Source of the DNA: Caecitellus pseudoparvulus
Taxonomy: Eukaryota > Protista > Bigyra: Bicosoecida
Assembly: GCA_965644315.1 (NCBI GenBank)
Contig: CBFFRQ010000080.1
Span: 186,001 to 250,000, forward strand
Direction: 5' to 3'
Length of the DNA stretch: 64,000 nt
The translations under genes were made by a program, and so were the position numbers. Below the pieces are notes generated by a model, which worked only from the letters and a program-made list of their open reading frames with translations, was not told where the DNA came from and searched no databases. Positions 45,711 through 58,062 of this stretch are shown here, piece after piece (the stretch's first letter is position 1; each line of letters opens with the position of its first letter).

Positions 45711-47237
45711 ATGGCCTGCGCCCGGCTCGCGGCAGCTGTGGGCCTGCTTGCCTTTGTACTCAATCAGGTACCTACCTTTGGTGCTGAGGCACTCCCCAAC
45801 CCCCCAACAGCAGTTCCGAGGCACGAGTTTCGGCAGGCTGTCGGTGGTCGACTGGACCGCCATTCCGGCCAAGGCTGGGTTCAGCAAGCAGTGCGCAGCC
45901 TGGGGGGGGACCAGCCGTTCATTTTGACCAGGACGCCCCTAGTGAAGAAGTGGAAGGCGTTCTCTGCTTGGCAGTCTCCTTCGGCTTTCGCCAAGGACAT
46001 GGCAGGCCAATCCTCGCTGGATGCATGCACAGCCGCCACTGACCACGTCTCTTTCCCTGGGGCCTACCAGAACACTGGGCCCGTGTTCGGACCATACTAT
46101 GATGCTTCACGCCCCCTCCATAGCTTTGTACAAGGATCCCTTCCCTACGTGTCCAACGTGACCTTGCCCCTTGCAGACCTGCTCCCCTCCATTTGCGCCG
46201 ATCGGCAGGAGGAACCTCTCCCAGCTTCGGGGGCCAGCCCCCTGGCGGCATCCGGCCAAGTTGGGCACGCGGACATCAGCGTAGACAGCGGCGGGGAAAC
46301 CACTCCTGTCCGCTGGTCGTACCTCTCAGGGGGGGTGGACGACCTCCTGACCCCGGCGGTGCAGCGCAGGCGGCTGCTGGGACTTTCTTCCCTCGTCGAG
46401 CTGAACCCACGCAAAAGCAGCGTGAACATGTGGCTTGGCCAGAGCGGCGTGGTGGCCCCCTGCCACTACGATGGGTACCACAATGTCTTCGTGCAGGTTG
46501 GTGGGCGGAAGCGCTTCCTGTTGTGGTCCCCCCAGGCGTGGCGGCAACTCAACCCCCGGCCTTTCTTGCACCCCCAGCACGCACAGTGCGGTGTGAACGT
46601 CAGTGCAGAGTGGGGGACGCTGGGACCCCTGGCAATGGTGGCTGATTTAGGGCCGAAAGATGTGCTGTATCTCCCCCCAGCCTGGTTTCACGAGGTGGTG
46701 TCCTTGCAAGACAGCATCTCCCTCAATGCCTGGACTGTGGACGAAGGCTTGGAGGTGGCCAGTGCTGGGCTCTTTGGCCAAAGACCCCCTGCTGCACCAC
46801 AGCCCAGTTCCCACTCTCCGGCCTCATTTGCAAGGCGTGCTCTGCTCCCCATCATTGCTGCGCTGCGAGCGTGTGCTGCAGACGAGGCCTGTGCGGTTCC
46901 ACTCCTTCCAGGCGACACTCCGACCTCTGCCGCTCTCACATGGCTGCGCGATGTCAGCGAAAGCCGGTACGGTGAGCTGGTCCGAGGTGGCACACTGGCT
47001 TGCCCTAAGCATCTGTATCCCACACCTGACGAGCAGAACTGGGATGCAGGGCCAGTGAACGTGCAAGCAGGCAGCAAGTTGGCGGCGTGGGCTCAGCGCG
47101 CGGCAGAGGCCATGCAAGCCCTGCCTCGCGATCTTGCAGAGTTGTGGATCGGGAACTGGGTGGAGTTTCAGGCAGCACTCGCCCTGGGCGGCGCCCCTGG
47201 CGTCGCTTGCCTCCTGACTCACTGGCACCTGCATTGA
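45711..47237 (+). CDS. JmjC (cupin_8) 2OG oxygenase with N-terminal signal peptide
   Basis: QPFILT..WKAF..W, VNMWLGQSGVVAPCHYDGYHNVFVQVGGRKRFLLW (HxD), LGPKDVLYLPPAWFHEV..SISLNAW (distal His). Start chosen at MACARLAAAVGLLAFVLNQVPTFGAEA. Confidence 0.85.
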   Translation: MACARLAAAVGLLAFVLNQVPTFGAEALPNPPTAVPRHEFRQAVGGRLDRHSGQGWVQQAVRSLGGDQPFILTRTPLVKKWKAFSAWQSPSAFAKDMAGQSSLDACTAATDHVSFPGAYQNTGPVFGPYYDASRPLHSFVQGSLPYVSNVTLPLADLLPSICADRQEEPLPASGASPLAASGQVGHADISVDSGGETTPVRWSYLSGGVDDLLTPAVQRRRLLGLSSLVELNPRKSSVNMWLGQSGVVAPCHYDGYHNVFVQVGGRKRFLLWSPQAWRQLNPRPFLHPQHAQCGVNVSAEWGTLGPLAMVADLGPKDVLYLPPAWFHEVVSLQDSISLNAWTVDEGLEVASAGLFGQRPPAAPQPSSHSPASFARRALLPIIAALRACAADEACAVPLLPGDTPTSAALTWLRDVSESRYGELVRGGTLACPKHLYPTPDEQNWDAGPVNVQAGSKLAAWAQRAAEAMQALPRDLAELWIGNWVEFQAALALGGAPGVACLLTHWHLH

Positions 47238-47242
47238 ACGCC

Positions 47243-50200
47243 TCAGGAGGCCCCCTCTGATGCCGCGGCGGAGGCCTGCCCCAGGAGCTGTGCGAAGGCA
47301 CTGTCCGGGCGCCCCATGAGCGTGGCTGGCGTGTCGTACTCAGCCACTTTCCCTGCATCCAAAACCAAGATCCGGGTGCTGTCCACGATCGTGTTCAGGC
47401 GGTGAGCGATGGTGAGCACGGTGCACTGGGCGAACTCCGAGCGAATGGTCTGCTGCAGCACAGAGTCTGACGTGACGTCCACAGAAGAGGAGGCTTCGTC
47501 CAGGACTACGATACGGGCCCCCCGCAGCAGCGCCCGGGCGACGCAGATGAGCTGGCGCTGGCCTTGGGACCAATTCTCCCCACCCTCCGCGACAGCGGCA
47601 TCCAAGCCCCCCTCTTGCTGCTTCACCGCAGCCTCCAGCGACACTTGCTGCAGGGACCGCCACATTGCAGCATCGCTGGTTGCGTGTGTCGGGTCCAAGT
47701 TGTCCCGCAAGGTTCCCTTGAACAGGAACGGCTCCTGGGGGATGATGGCGAGGGAGGAGCGCAGGCGGTGCAGGGACACGTCATTGATGTCGATGCCGTC
47801 GATGGCGATGGTGCCCTCCTGCACGTCCGCCAGCCGGAAAAGGGCCGAAACGAGGCTGCTCTTGCCCGCCCCAGTGCGGCCGCAGATGCCAACCTTGTCG
47901 CCGCCGCCCACCTCTGCGCTGACGCCGTGCAGCACGTACGGCGTGCTCGTGCGGTACTTCATCTTGAAGTCCTTCAGGGTGATGGCGCCCTTGGACGGCC
48001 ACTCGGGAGGGGGAGTGACCTTGGCCACGGGGGCAGCCGGCCCGTCAGCAGCTGACGTGCCGGACGGCTCCACGGGGCTCTCCGTGTACTCAGCGATGCG
48101 CTCCACAGAGACGATCTGTGTCTCCACTTGCCCTGCCATGCGCACGACCCAGTTCAAGCCTTGAGTGATGGAAAGGGCGTAGGACACGGACAGGCCCGCC
48201 AGAGCCGCGGAGATGGAGCCGGCAGACACGACAGTCAACAAGGATGCCATGACGACGATGACAGTGCCGATGGTTTCAAGGCGCACAGCCAGCCATCGGT
48301 TGGTGGATGTGAATGCAAAGTACGCCTGCTGGTTCACATCGGTCAAGCGGTCATTCAGGGTGACGAAGCGCTGTTCATCTTGGTAGGCGCGGATGGAGGC
48401 TGCGCCGACAATCGTCTGGCCGAAGTTCGAGTAGATGGGGGAATTGGACACTGAGTTCAAGCGCTGCAGTTCCCGGGATGTGGCGACGTAGTACCGCTGG
48501 ATGAAGTAGTACAGGACCAAGAGGGGCACCAGCACTGCAATGAACCAGGGTGTGACCGACGCGATAACGACGAAAGTGCCCAGCACGCCGAAAGAGGTGT
48601 TGGCCAGGGAGCTGCAAGTCTGGGCGAGCTGCTCGTCCACCTTGTACTGGTCTGAGGAGAAGCGGTTCAAGATGCGGCCAACTGGGACGGTGTCAAAGAA
48701 CGACTGCTTTGCGTGGAAAATGCGGGCAAGCAAGCCATCATGCAGCGTGCGGGCAGCCCGCACGCCGAAGAGGGCCGTGCACACCCGCAGAATGGTGAGC
48801 ACAACCAGGGCACCCACAGAAATGCCAATGTACACTTCCAAGTACTGCATGTTTGTGGCGGAGGAGGTGTTGGCGTCGATGTGGTCTGTCCAGTACGACA
48901 GCCACCAGTTGGCCACGAGGGTGCCGGCCGTGGACAATGCGAACATGAACAGGACACCAGCCAGGGCCAGCATGCCGCCTCCTGCCTCGGCATACTTCTT
49001 GTATACCTGCCAGTCCACACGCCCGCGCTCGCGGCCCTCTGCCTTTGTGAGCTTGCCTGTGGAGCTCGACCCAGCGTCGGTGGTTCGGTCCGTGGGTTTG
49101 GCAGGGTCAGCTTTGGGTGGTGAGTGAGCTTCCGACTGCACTTCACTCTCAGCTTCACCCTCGTCTGAGGAAACCCCATCTGCAGCTTCCCCCCCACGAG
49201 TTGCCTCGACGTCTTGTTCGTACTGCTGCAGAAGGGAGGCAAACCGGCCGCCTGGCTGAGCAGCGAGCTCGGCATGCCGTCCGTCCTCAGCAATGGCACC
49301 ATCCGCCATGACGACAACGCGGTCCGCCCTGGACGTGTACTGCAGTCCGTGGGTCACCAGCACCCGGGTGCGGTCGCCCAGCAAGCCCAGCATGCACTTG
49401 TTGAAGATGGTGCGTCCGACGTGAGCATCCACAGCAGACAGCGGGTCATCAAAAATGTACACGTCTGCGTCAGCGTACACCGCCCGAGCCAGGGCGACAC
49501 GCTGGCGTTGGCCCCCTGACAAGTTGATGCCTTTGTCACCGATTTCACACTGGTCACCAGCTGGCAAGATGGCGATGTCGGGCGTCAAGCAGCACACGTC
49601 CAGGACCTGCTCATAGCGCGCCCTGTTCATCGGGCGCCCAAACAGGATGTTCCCTTGCAAAGTGTCGTTGAGGATGAAGGCGGTCTGGGGGACGTACGCA
49701 AGGGAGCCGCGAATCCAGGCGGTGCCTGCAGTCTTGGGCATCTCGCCCAAGAAGGCAGACAGCAAGGAACTCTTCCCGCTGCCGACCTGCCCGACCACTG
49801 CGAGGAACTGCCCTGTGGGCACAAGTAGGGTGAGGTCACGCAGTCCACGTGAGGCACTAGCTGGCGACAAGCCGCCCTCCATGACCTCCCCAACACTGTC
49901 TTCAGCTGTAAGCGGGGCAGTGGCGGAGGGCTCCAGCGCCTCCAAGGCAGGGGTGGAGGCTGCTGCGGGCTGGGGCTTGCTTGCTTGCCACATGTACGTC
50001 CCCTGCACAATGCCCATGGCATGTTCAGTCGCGTGCTGCGCCAGAACAGGCCGAGCTTCAGCGACGGCCTGCGAAAAGGCAGGCGTCACGAGGGGCAGGT
50101 CTGTCTCCACCACACCATCTGCAGGCTCTTGCACGTGCACCTCTCCGCCAGAGGTGGTCTGGTACCCGACAGTCTCAATCCGAGCAGCGTGGGGCTGAGT

Positions 50201-52553
50201 TGGGGCGACCCCATCCAGCGCCTTCTGCAAGCCAGCAGGGTCCACTGGCAAGCGCAGTGTGGCATTGGGATCCAGCTCTTCCGCCAGGAGGAAGGACTTG
50301 ATGCGGCGCACAGACACCGTCGCCTCCACGAGGTTGTTGATGCTCATGGGCAGCATGGTGAGGGGGAAGCGCAGGAGGTTAAAGAGGGACAGAGCTGTGA
50401 AGGCCTTGGCTGCCGTGAGCTCGTGGCCCAGCCCAACGTACGTCGCGAAGGCTGCGACGGACACGAGGAGGGGCATGCCCACCCACATGATGACAGAGGA
50501 CTGCTGCACCACTGCCCAGGAGGTGAGGGCTTGGATCTCATCGGCACGCACTGCGCCGATCTTGGCGAGGAAGTGGTCCTCCCAGGCGCTAAGCTTGATG
50601 ATCTTCATGCCGTTGATGGCTTCGGACGTCGCGTTCACGCGCTCGTCCCGGCGCCGCATGAGCGCCTTCTGGAAGCGCTTGATGATGGAAGCCACCACGC
50701 CATTCAGGGGGATGAAGATGACCATGACGCCGACACCCGCCAACATGGCTGCCCCCAGCTGCTGCCAAAGGAAGTACATGGACAGGGCGATTTGCAGGGG
50801 TCCTGACCAGACCATGTTCACGTACGAAGTCAGGTTCTGCATGCGAGAAGCGTCCGTGCTCTGCAGGTTCGTGATCTGCCCCACGCTTTTCTGCTGCCGC
50901 GCCCGCGTGGACACACGCAGGCTCTTGCGGTACGTTGCCAGGATGACCGCTGAGCGCAGGTGTTGCCCCACGCGGAACATGCGCAGGAAGTACTGGTGCA
51001 GGATGATGGTGGAGGCGAGGGATGAGGCGGCGAGGATGCCGACGTAGGAGTACCCTACCCATGCCCGAGTCTCCTTGCCGTCTGCATAGTCCTGCAGGAA
51101 GCTGATGAGCGCGTTGAGCACGTTGGGGCCGACGGAGATGGAGAGGACGTCGTACGTGAACTTGAGCATGGCCCCAAAGGCGCCATGCCGTCCGAAGGCC
51201 ACGCACATGGTCCAGCCCAGGGAGGGGTTGCCCACGCCTTTCTCTGGCAGGAGCTTGGGGAAGTCAGCGTCCGCGTCCTTACCATCCTTGCCATCCTCAC
51301 CTGCGTCGGGCGGTGGCACCCAGTCAGCGTACCCGCCCCGGGCCACCGGCAGCTCCGTGAGCCACCTGCCCCCCAGGGCGGCCTTGCCTGCCGCCAGCTG
51401 TGCTCGCCAGGCTGCCATGAACTTGCCGGCCAGGGCAAAGGAGGTGTCCTCCTCCCCCAGGGGTGGCACGTCGGCTTGCTCCAGGGGCCGCTGCCAGCCC
51501 AGGATGATGAGGTCGTTCATCCACCAGAACACGGCCCGGGAGCAGCAGGAGGCGAGCTCCTCGGGAGAGCGCATCGATGCATCGCGGGTGGAAGCGGCAC
51601 CTGCGCCCGCCTGTGCGTACAGTGGGCCAGCTGCTGCGCCGGCAGATGCAGTTTTCTTGGGACTGCCCCCCGCCAGGGGCTTGTACTCCTCGGCACTGCC
51701 TGTCTCCACCCGCAGACACGCACAGGAGCAGTACTGGAAGGTGCTGGTGAGGTCCACCAGCGCTGGCAGGGCGAAGACGGCCAGCAAGATGGAGTGCACA
51801 ATAGAAGCGATGTCCAGTGCCAGCAAGCCGTCCACGGGTGGCTTGCCATTGGCTTCTTGGGTGGCGACGTACATTGCTGAGATGACCAGTTGGGCCACCT
51901 CTGCAACAAACACTAGTAGGTACCAGACCAGTTGGTAGTCTGGGGCGCTCAAGGCGGCGCTGCCCCGAGCAGCCAGCAGGGCTCTGCGGAGCAGAACAAG
52001 GGGTGTGCACCACACGTCATGGCACAGCCAGCACGCGCAGCAGCTCACCCATTCATACCCCAAGCTGCAAGGGCAGCGAATGCCCAGATGTATGAACCGA
52101 CAGATACAGCTTCGTGTGTGATGACGCCAGTGTCTTGCAGAACTGCGCCAGCCGAGGGGGAAGCGATGTTGCTGAAGCCGCTGCGGAATTCGCCGGAGCA
52201 CTTGCGTGTGAGCTTGGGCGGCGGCACGCACTGACGACGGTGAGGGGCATCAGCGCCAGGATGCACGAGACAACCACCCGGATGATGACGGGCACAGCAT
52301 TTGAAGCTGCTCTGCTGCCCACGTAGCCCTTTCGCCGAGACGTTGGCGTGTCCGAGAGCGTGTCCACGATCAAGAAGGGGCTCGCCAGCAGAAACAGCGC
52401 CGTGATGGGAGCCAATGCGAGAGTATCTACGGCGCAATGCACGTGGCCAGACTCTTGACAGACACTGGAAATGACCTTGTCGAAGAGCGTCGCAGGCAGG
52501 GCGCTGGAGTTCGCTGCGGCCAGCAGCCGAGGAAGCGCTTCCACCGCCTCCAT
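47243..52553 (-). CDS. ABCC/MRP-family ABC transporter with TMD0, 2 introns near the 5' end
   Basis: L0 SPEELAS..FWWMNDLI..GWQRPL and TMD1. NBD1: GQVGSGKSS, LSGGQRQR, IFDDPLSAVD. TMD2: FFDTVPVGRILNRF, RWLAVRLE. NBD2: GRTGAGKSS, WSQGQRQL, VLDEA, TIAHRL. Upstream exons from ATG 52553 add hydrophobic TMD0 helices. Confidence 0.93.
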
Positions 52554-52700
52554 CACGCCAGCTGCGTGCTGTAGGATCTTGCACTCTTCCCGCCACACGG
52601 AAGGGCGAGGCAGCCAGGCAAGGTGGGACGCCGCTGGGTGCACGCAGCAGGTCCAGCTGTGTGAATTTGAAGTGGCGGCAGGACGGTCCTGCCAGCCTCA

Positions 52701-54324
52701 TCACGCCCGTGAAACCGGCTCCGCACTTTGCACCTGCGCTGTCGGGGCGTCACTGGCCAACTCCTGCGCCAGCAAGTACTGCGCCGCGACCTTGATCGTG
52801 GGCAAGGCCACACGCTCCGCCTCCGCGAAGCAAGCAGGGCCCTGCGGCAGCCCCTGCAGGTGGCTCGCCAAGGTGACGTAGTCCAGATCGTCAGCGTCGC
52901 CCACCTGTTCTTCCAGCCGTTCGTGCCCGCCGTGCTGTGCCCGGAACATGTCCACGGCCAGGGCCTGCAGGAACAGAGCACTGTCGTAGAAGGCCGGGCT
53001 GAAGTTGAGGCGCTTGGCCGGCACGCCCAACTCCATGCACTTGGCATCCCGAGCAGCGCAGGCAGCCAACTCCGTCTCGTGTGTGCCGAGCAAGTGCAAC
53101 TTGCTGCGGAAGCTCACCCGGGCACGCCAGCCGTCGTGGTGGTGGGACCACTGCACGCCTCGAAAGAGGCTGGTCTTGCGGGGGCGCCCAGCTGCGTCAG
53201 AGCTCACGCGCAGAGCCTCCAGACCCTCTTCACTCAGGCGGCCCTTGCGCAGCAATTGCTCCGTGAGGTGGGCGTACTGCCCCACGGGGAAATTCAGCAC
53301 GGCATCCGCACCCAGGTACTCCAGGGCAGCAGCATCCCGTGCCTTGGCTGCTTCGGCGCCGGATGCGAAGCGGCCGATCTGCACTGCCACGCCATCCACG
53401 CGCACCCTCGCCCTGTACCAGGAGCCCACTCGCTCCACGCCCACAAAGGCCGTCGCAGAGGGGGGTGCCTTCACATTCGAGGCCGACAGGAGGGCGGGCA
53501 ACACCTGGCCTGTGGGATACTCCCGCCGGCCAGCCGCCACCAGCTGTGAGCGCGATGGGAAGTTCAGCCCCACCTCTTGCCCGCCAGCCCTCAGCACTTC
53601 GTCGTACAGCCGAGCGGCCTCGGCGGCTGACGGGAAGACGCGCTGCAGCGCCTCAGCGTGGCTGGGCGGCACGTCGCTGCCCTGTGGCAGCTGCACGCGC
53701 CAGCCTGCCCCCGGCTCAGGCCCTGCCTGTACGACGCCCCGGAAGTGGGATGGCTGCGGCCCCAGGTCAGCCTGGGAGCCGGGTCCGCCCGGCGAGTGGA
53801 AGTTCAGCACGGCCGCGTCGCCATACGCCTCCAGTGCCGCGGCGTCGTGGGCCTTGGCTGCCGCCACTTCGTCTTCAAAGCAGCCCACGAAGAGGCGCTG
53901 TGTGGCGCTGTTGCCCGCTGCCACTGCAGCTGCCAGAGGCGTGCCCTGCGGAGGCTTGGCCCGAGTCAGGCGCACCATCCACTTGCCGATTTTTCGCTGT
54001 GGCAGGAGATGGGAAGGGCGTGACCTTGCTGTCTGCCACTCGTGCTCACCCTGGACAGGCTGCTGCAGGCAGGGCGGCTTGCGGAGGTGCACTCACATGC
54101 CAGTGCACGCCAAGGAATTTGGAGCGTGGGAACAGGTGCCCCAGCCGCAGCAGCTCCTCCTCTGACGGCGCATCAGACTTGGGGACCGTACAGAACAGTG
54201 AAACATGCAGTCGTGCTGCTTTGAAGGAGGCGACGACGGGTGGGACAGCGCGAGGGCCGCGGGCAGTCAGGGCTGGTGCGCAGGCACGCAGCAGCAGCGC
54301 AGCTGCACTCGACAGGGCTGCCAT
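52701..54324 (-). CDS. Four-AP2-domain nucleic-acid-binding protein with putative mitochondrial presequence; intron 53997-54096
   Basis: AP2 repeats: SKFLGVHWH/RKIGKW..VGCFEDEVAAAKAHDAAAL..LNF; SHFRGV..AEAARLYD..LNF; FVGVERVGSWYRARV..IGRFASGAEAAKARDAAAL..LNF; SLFRGVQW..WRARV..LGTHETELAACAARD..LNF. The first 49 or so residues are Ala/Arg/Leu/Ser-rich and lack acidic residues. Confidence 0.88.
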
Positions 54325-54658
54325 GGTCTTCCGGGTGGGCATGCATGCGGTAAAGCGGGTGGAGGAGTGTGTGAAAGAGAATCTTGCTCCAGGACGGCAC
54401 ATGCGTTTCCGGGCCCTTCACTTTGTCAATTGTGGGGGAGCAGGTTTGACTGTGCCTGCGGAAATTGCCTTCGTGTGCGAGGCCTGCCAAGCCCGCTTGG
54501 CAGTCCCCCACTGCGACAAAACTACGTGGGTGGGAAGTGCATGCCCTGCACAGTCAAGTGCTGCTGGGCGGTCACGCTCCGCTCGTTTTTCTCGCCCTCA
54601 CCACGCGGCTCAGGAGGCCGCGAGGGAGAGCTGCCTGTGTCGAGGCGTTTCCTCAGCC

Positions 54659-57600
54659 ATGAGCGCCAGGGGCAGCGGCCGGGCAGGCATGGACGACAAG
54701 CTCAAGCACCACATGAGCAAGAAGATCGCACAGCTGACACGTGTTATTTACCACTTGAACACTCGGAATGACGACCACTCAGCTGAGCTCGCCGCATTGA
54801 AGGTGGTTGCGCCGTCCACCGTTACGGTCGCGACGACCTCTGGCACACACCTGCACCCACCCCCCGCAGGCACGCCATGAGGTGGAGCTGCGGTCCCTCA
54901 CAGACGACGCAGCAGCTCGCATGGCAGAGTTCAAGACTGCCCTGGCTGGCCAGGCAGATGCTGCCAAGGCAGAAGCCGCCTTGGCTGCGTTTCGCCGCGT
55001 GCACGAAGCGGAGGCTGCTAAGGCACGGCGCGTGCTGCAGGAGGTGAAGGAGGAGGTGTCCAAGGCGCTGGAGCAGCGGGAAGGGGACCTCGCCCAGCAC
55101 TTGGAGCGCAAGGTCGGCGAGATGGCAGAGGCCAAGGCGCTGTTCGAGCGGCACATTGCGGCTTTCAAAGACACCACGGCCAAGTTGGAAGCAGCGTTGC
55201 GGCAAGCACAGGCAGATGCCAAGGCCGCTGCTGCATCGAGCGATGAGCAGCTTGCTGCAGCTGAGGCTTCAGCTGCAAGGGCCTTGGATGCTGCAAACGC
55301 AAAGGCGGCTGCGTCAGCTGAGGCGTCCAAGGCAGCGTTTCGTGAGGAATTGAAAGCACAGAGCGCTGCGTTGAAGCAGCAGCACGAAGCGGACATGGCA
55401 GCAGCCCTGGCCAAGGCAGCGGCAGACAAGGAAGCGGCCCTGGCCAGTGTCACTGGGGATGCAGATGCTACGTCTGCTGCGTTGCAGCGTGACTTGGCAG
55501 CTGCGAAAGCCGAGGTTGCAGACTTGCAGCGCGAGTTGACAAGTGCGGCAGCCTCAGCAGACGAAGCTGCTCGGGCCGCCGCTGCGTCGGAGGCGCACCT
55601 GCAGCAGTCTTTGGATTCATGCAAAGCTGCGCTGGAGGCGCGGCAGGGTGATCTAGTGGCTGCCCGGGGCGAGGCAGCCGCCGCCAAGGAGCAGGTTGCG
55701 CAGCTGGAAGGGCAGCTTCGCGATGCTCAAGCAGCGGCGAGTGGCGGTGTGAGCGAAGCCTCCCGCCTTGCACGCGACCTGGCAAGTGCGCAGTCTGCCA
55801 TGCAGCAGGTGCAGGAGCAGCTTAAGCAGGAGCAAGCGGCCACCGCGGCAGCGTTGCAGGACGTGGAAAGTGCGAAACGCCGAGAGGCTGCGTTGAAGGC
55901 AAATGTGGAGCAGCAGCAAAGCACAGTGGCAGAGCTGCGCCAGGCGCTTGCGGACGCACAAAGTGATACCGAACGCTTGCAGTCTGAGCTTCAAGCTGAG
56001 CAAGCCAGTGGCGAGCGCTCCCGTGCCGCCCTGGCTGCTGCATGCGCTGATGCGGAGAAGCTGAGGCTGGAGCTGTCGACGGCGCAAGGCGCAGGGCAAG
56101 AGACAGGAAGTGCGCTGGAAGAGGCCAGGACTGCGTTGCGTGCACGGGACGCCCGTGTGGATGAGCTGACGCAGGAGGTGCGGTCGCTGCAAGCGCGCGT
56201 GGAAGAGGCGGAGGGCGAGGCGAAAACGGCAGCTGCCGCCGCAGCTGCTGCCAGTGCAGACGGCAGCAGTGCTGTGGAAGCCGCCAAAGCTGCTGCCGAG
56301 GCAGAAGCAGCCAGAGTGGAGAAGGAGCACGCAGCTGCCTTGGCGGCTCAGCGGGAAGCAGCTGAGAAGGCGGCTGCCGCTGCCTCTGCGGCTTTGGACG
56401 AGCTCAAGGGGTCATTGCAAGCCGCACATGCGCGCACTGCGGAGGCAGAGGCAGCGGCTGCCTCGTCCAGTGAAGATGCAGCCGGAAAATTGGCCCAGCT
56501 GGAACGAGATTTGAAGGCTGCAAAGGCTGATGGCGAGGCGCTCGCGAAGCAGGTGGCGGAGGGAGAAACCGCACTGCAGGCTGCACGCGAGGCGGCTGCG
56601 CGCGAACTGGCAGAAGCCCGAGCCGCGAGTGGCCAGGCATCCGAGGAAGCCCAGGCGGCACTGGCGGCTGCAAATGCTGCTGCGTTGGCTGCTCAGGCCC
56701 ACGCAGTTGCGGAGGCCATCGCGGCAGAGCAGGTGGTGAAGGCTCGTGCGGTTGCGGAAGCTGAGGAGAAAGGCAGGCGGGAGCGAGATGCGATGAAGGC
56801 GCAGTTCGAAGGGGCCCTGCAGCACGCACAGGCACAGTTGGAGGCAGCGCGTGCAGAAGCGGGCAGCGCACACTCCTCGCTGGAGCAGCAGCTCAAAGCT
56901 GCCCGCGACGCAGCGGCAGCTGACGCGGCGGCTGCAGCCGCGAAGCTTCAACACTCTGAAGAGCAATGGCAGCAGCGCGTTCGGGAGGCGAGTGAGACGG
57001 CTGCACAAGAACGAACGGCGGCACTTGCCGCGGCTAAGCGGGAGGCAGCAGCGGCTGCTGAGGCGGCGGCAGCCGAGGCAGCTGCGCAGCTGCGCAGAGC
57101 AGTGCAGCGGACTGAGGCGGCAGCAGCGGAACAAGCCGCCAGCATGCGCGAGCGTTTCGAGAAGCAGATGCAGGCCATGGCAGCAGAGCACACAAAGGCG
57201 TTGGAGGACAAGCAGTCACAGAGCGACGCCGCTCTGCAGACAGCCGGCGAGCGGCTGGCCAAACAGGCTGCTGATGCCAAGGCGGCCCTCGCTGCTGCAA
57301 ACGCCGCCACCGCAGCTGCCGAGTTGGAAGCGCGTGGCCTCACGTCGCGCCTGGAGGCTGCCCAGGCCCAGGCTGCCGCCGCTGCAAAGGATGCAGAGCA
57401 GGCTGAAGCCGAGCTTCGGCGGGAAATGGCGCGCCAGGCCCAGAGCGCGGAAGCGGCGCTGGAGGCGCGAACGGAGGAGCACGTGGCAGCGACCGCTGCG
57501 TTGCAGAGCGAATTCGACGAGGTGCGCGGCATGATGGAGGAGCAGGCCTCCCTGTTGCAGACACAGTTGGAACAAGTGAAGCAGGCGTTTGCGAGCCGGC

Positions 57601-58022
57601 CCAGTCGTGAGGATGACCTCGTGCGCATTTCCAAGCTGACCAAGCTGGTGCAGCTGAAGGATGCGGAAGTTGGCCGGTTGAAGGAGGAGATGAAGTTCTT
57701 CAAGCTGGAGCTGGTGAACCGGGAGACAAACTTCAACAAAGTCTTTGCCAGGCAGCCCAATGTCGGCGTCATGAACCCACTTGGTGCCCGCGCTGGCGGG
57801 GCCACAGGTGGCGCGGGCGGGAGCGGTGCGTCCACACCCACTGCCCGCACCAGCAAGCGTGGCGCCGCCCCTGCGCCTCCAGGGGGCAAAGGCACGAGCA
57901 AGTTGCCGCATGTGAGCACCATGGCCGCCCCGCCTTCGCTCGGAGGCAGCGGCATGGGCGTTTCTGGCGCCAGCACAAGCACCCCCTTGGCCCGGCGGGG
58001 GGGGGGCGCACGGGGCAGGTGA
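54659..58022 (+). CDS. FAM184A: FAM184-family long coiled-coil protein, 1 intron
   Basis: N-terminal signature HMSKKIAQLTRVIYHLNTRNDDH and C-terminal signature RPSREDD..MKFFKLELVNRETNFNKVF..PNVGVMNPL, with an Ala/Glu-rich coiled coil between them. Confidence 0.88.
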
Positions 58023-58062
58023 TGGCTGCAGTGCCATGCAGCAGTCCGTCAGAGTGCATTCC

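Noticed and set aside
54870-57600. Highly repetitive Ala/Glu-rich region as a TolA-like or repeat element
   Set aside because: It is the coiled-coil body of FAM184, bounded by the family's N- and C-terminal signatures.
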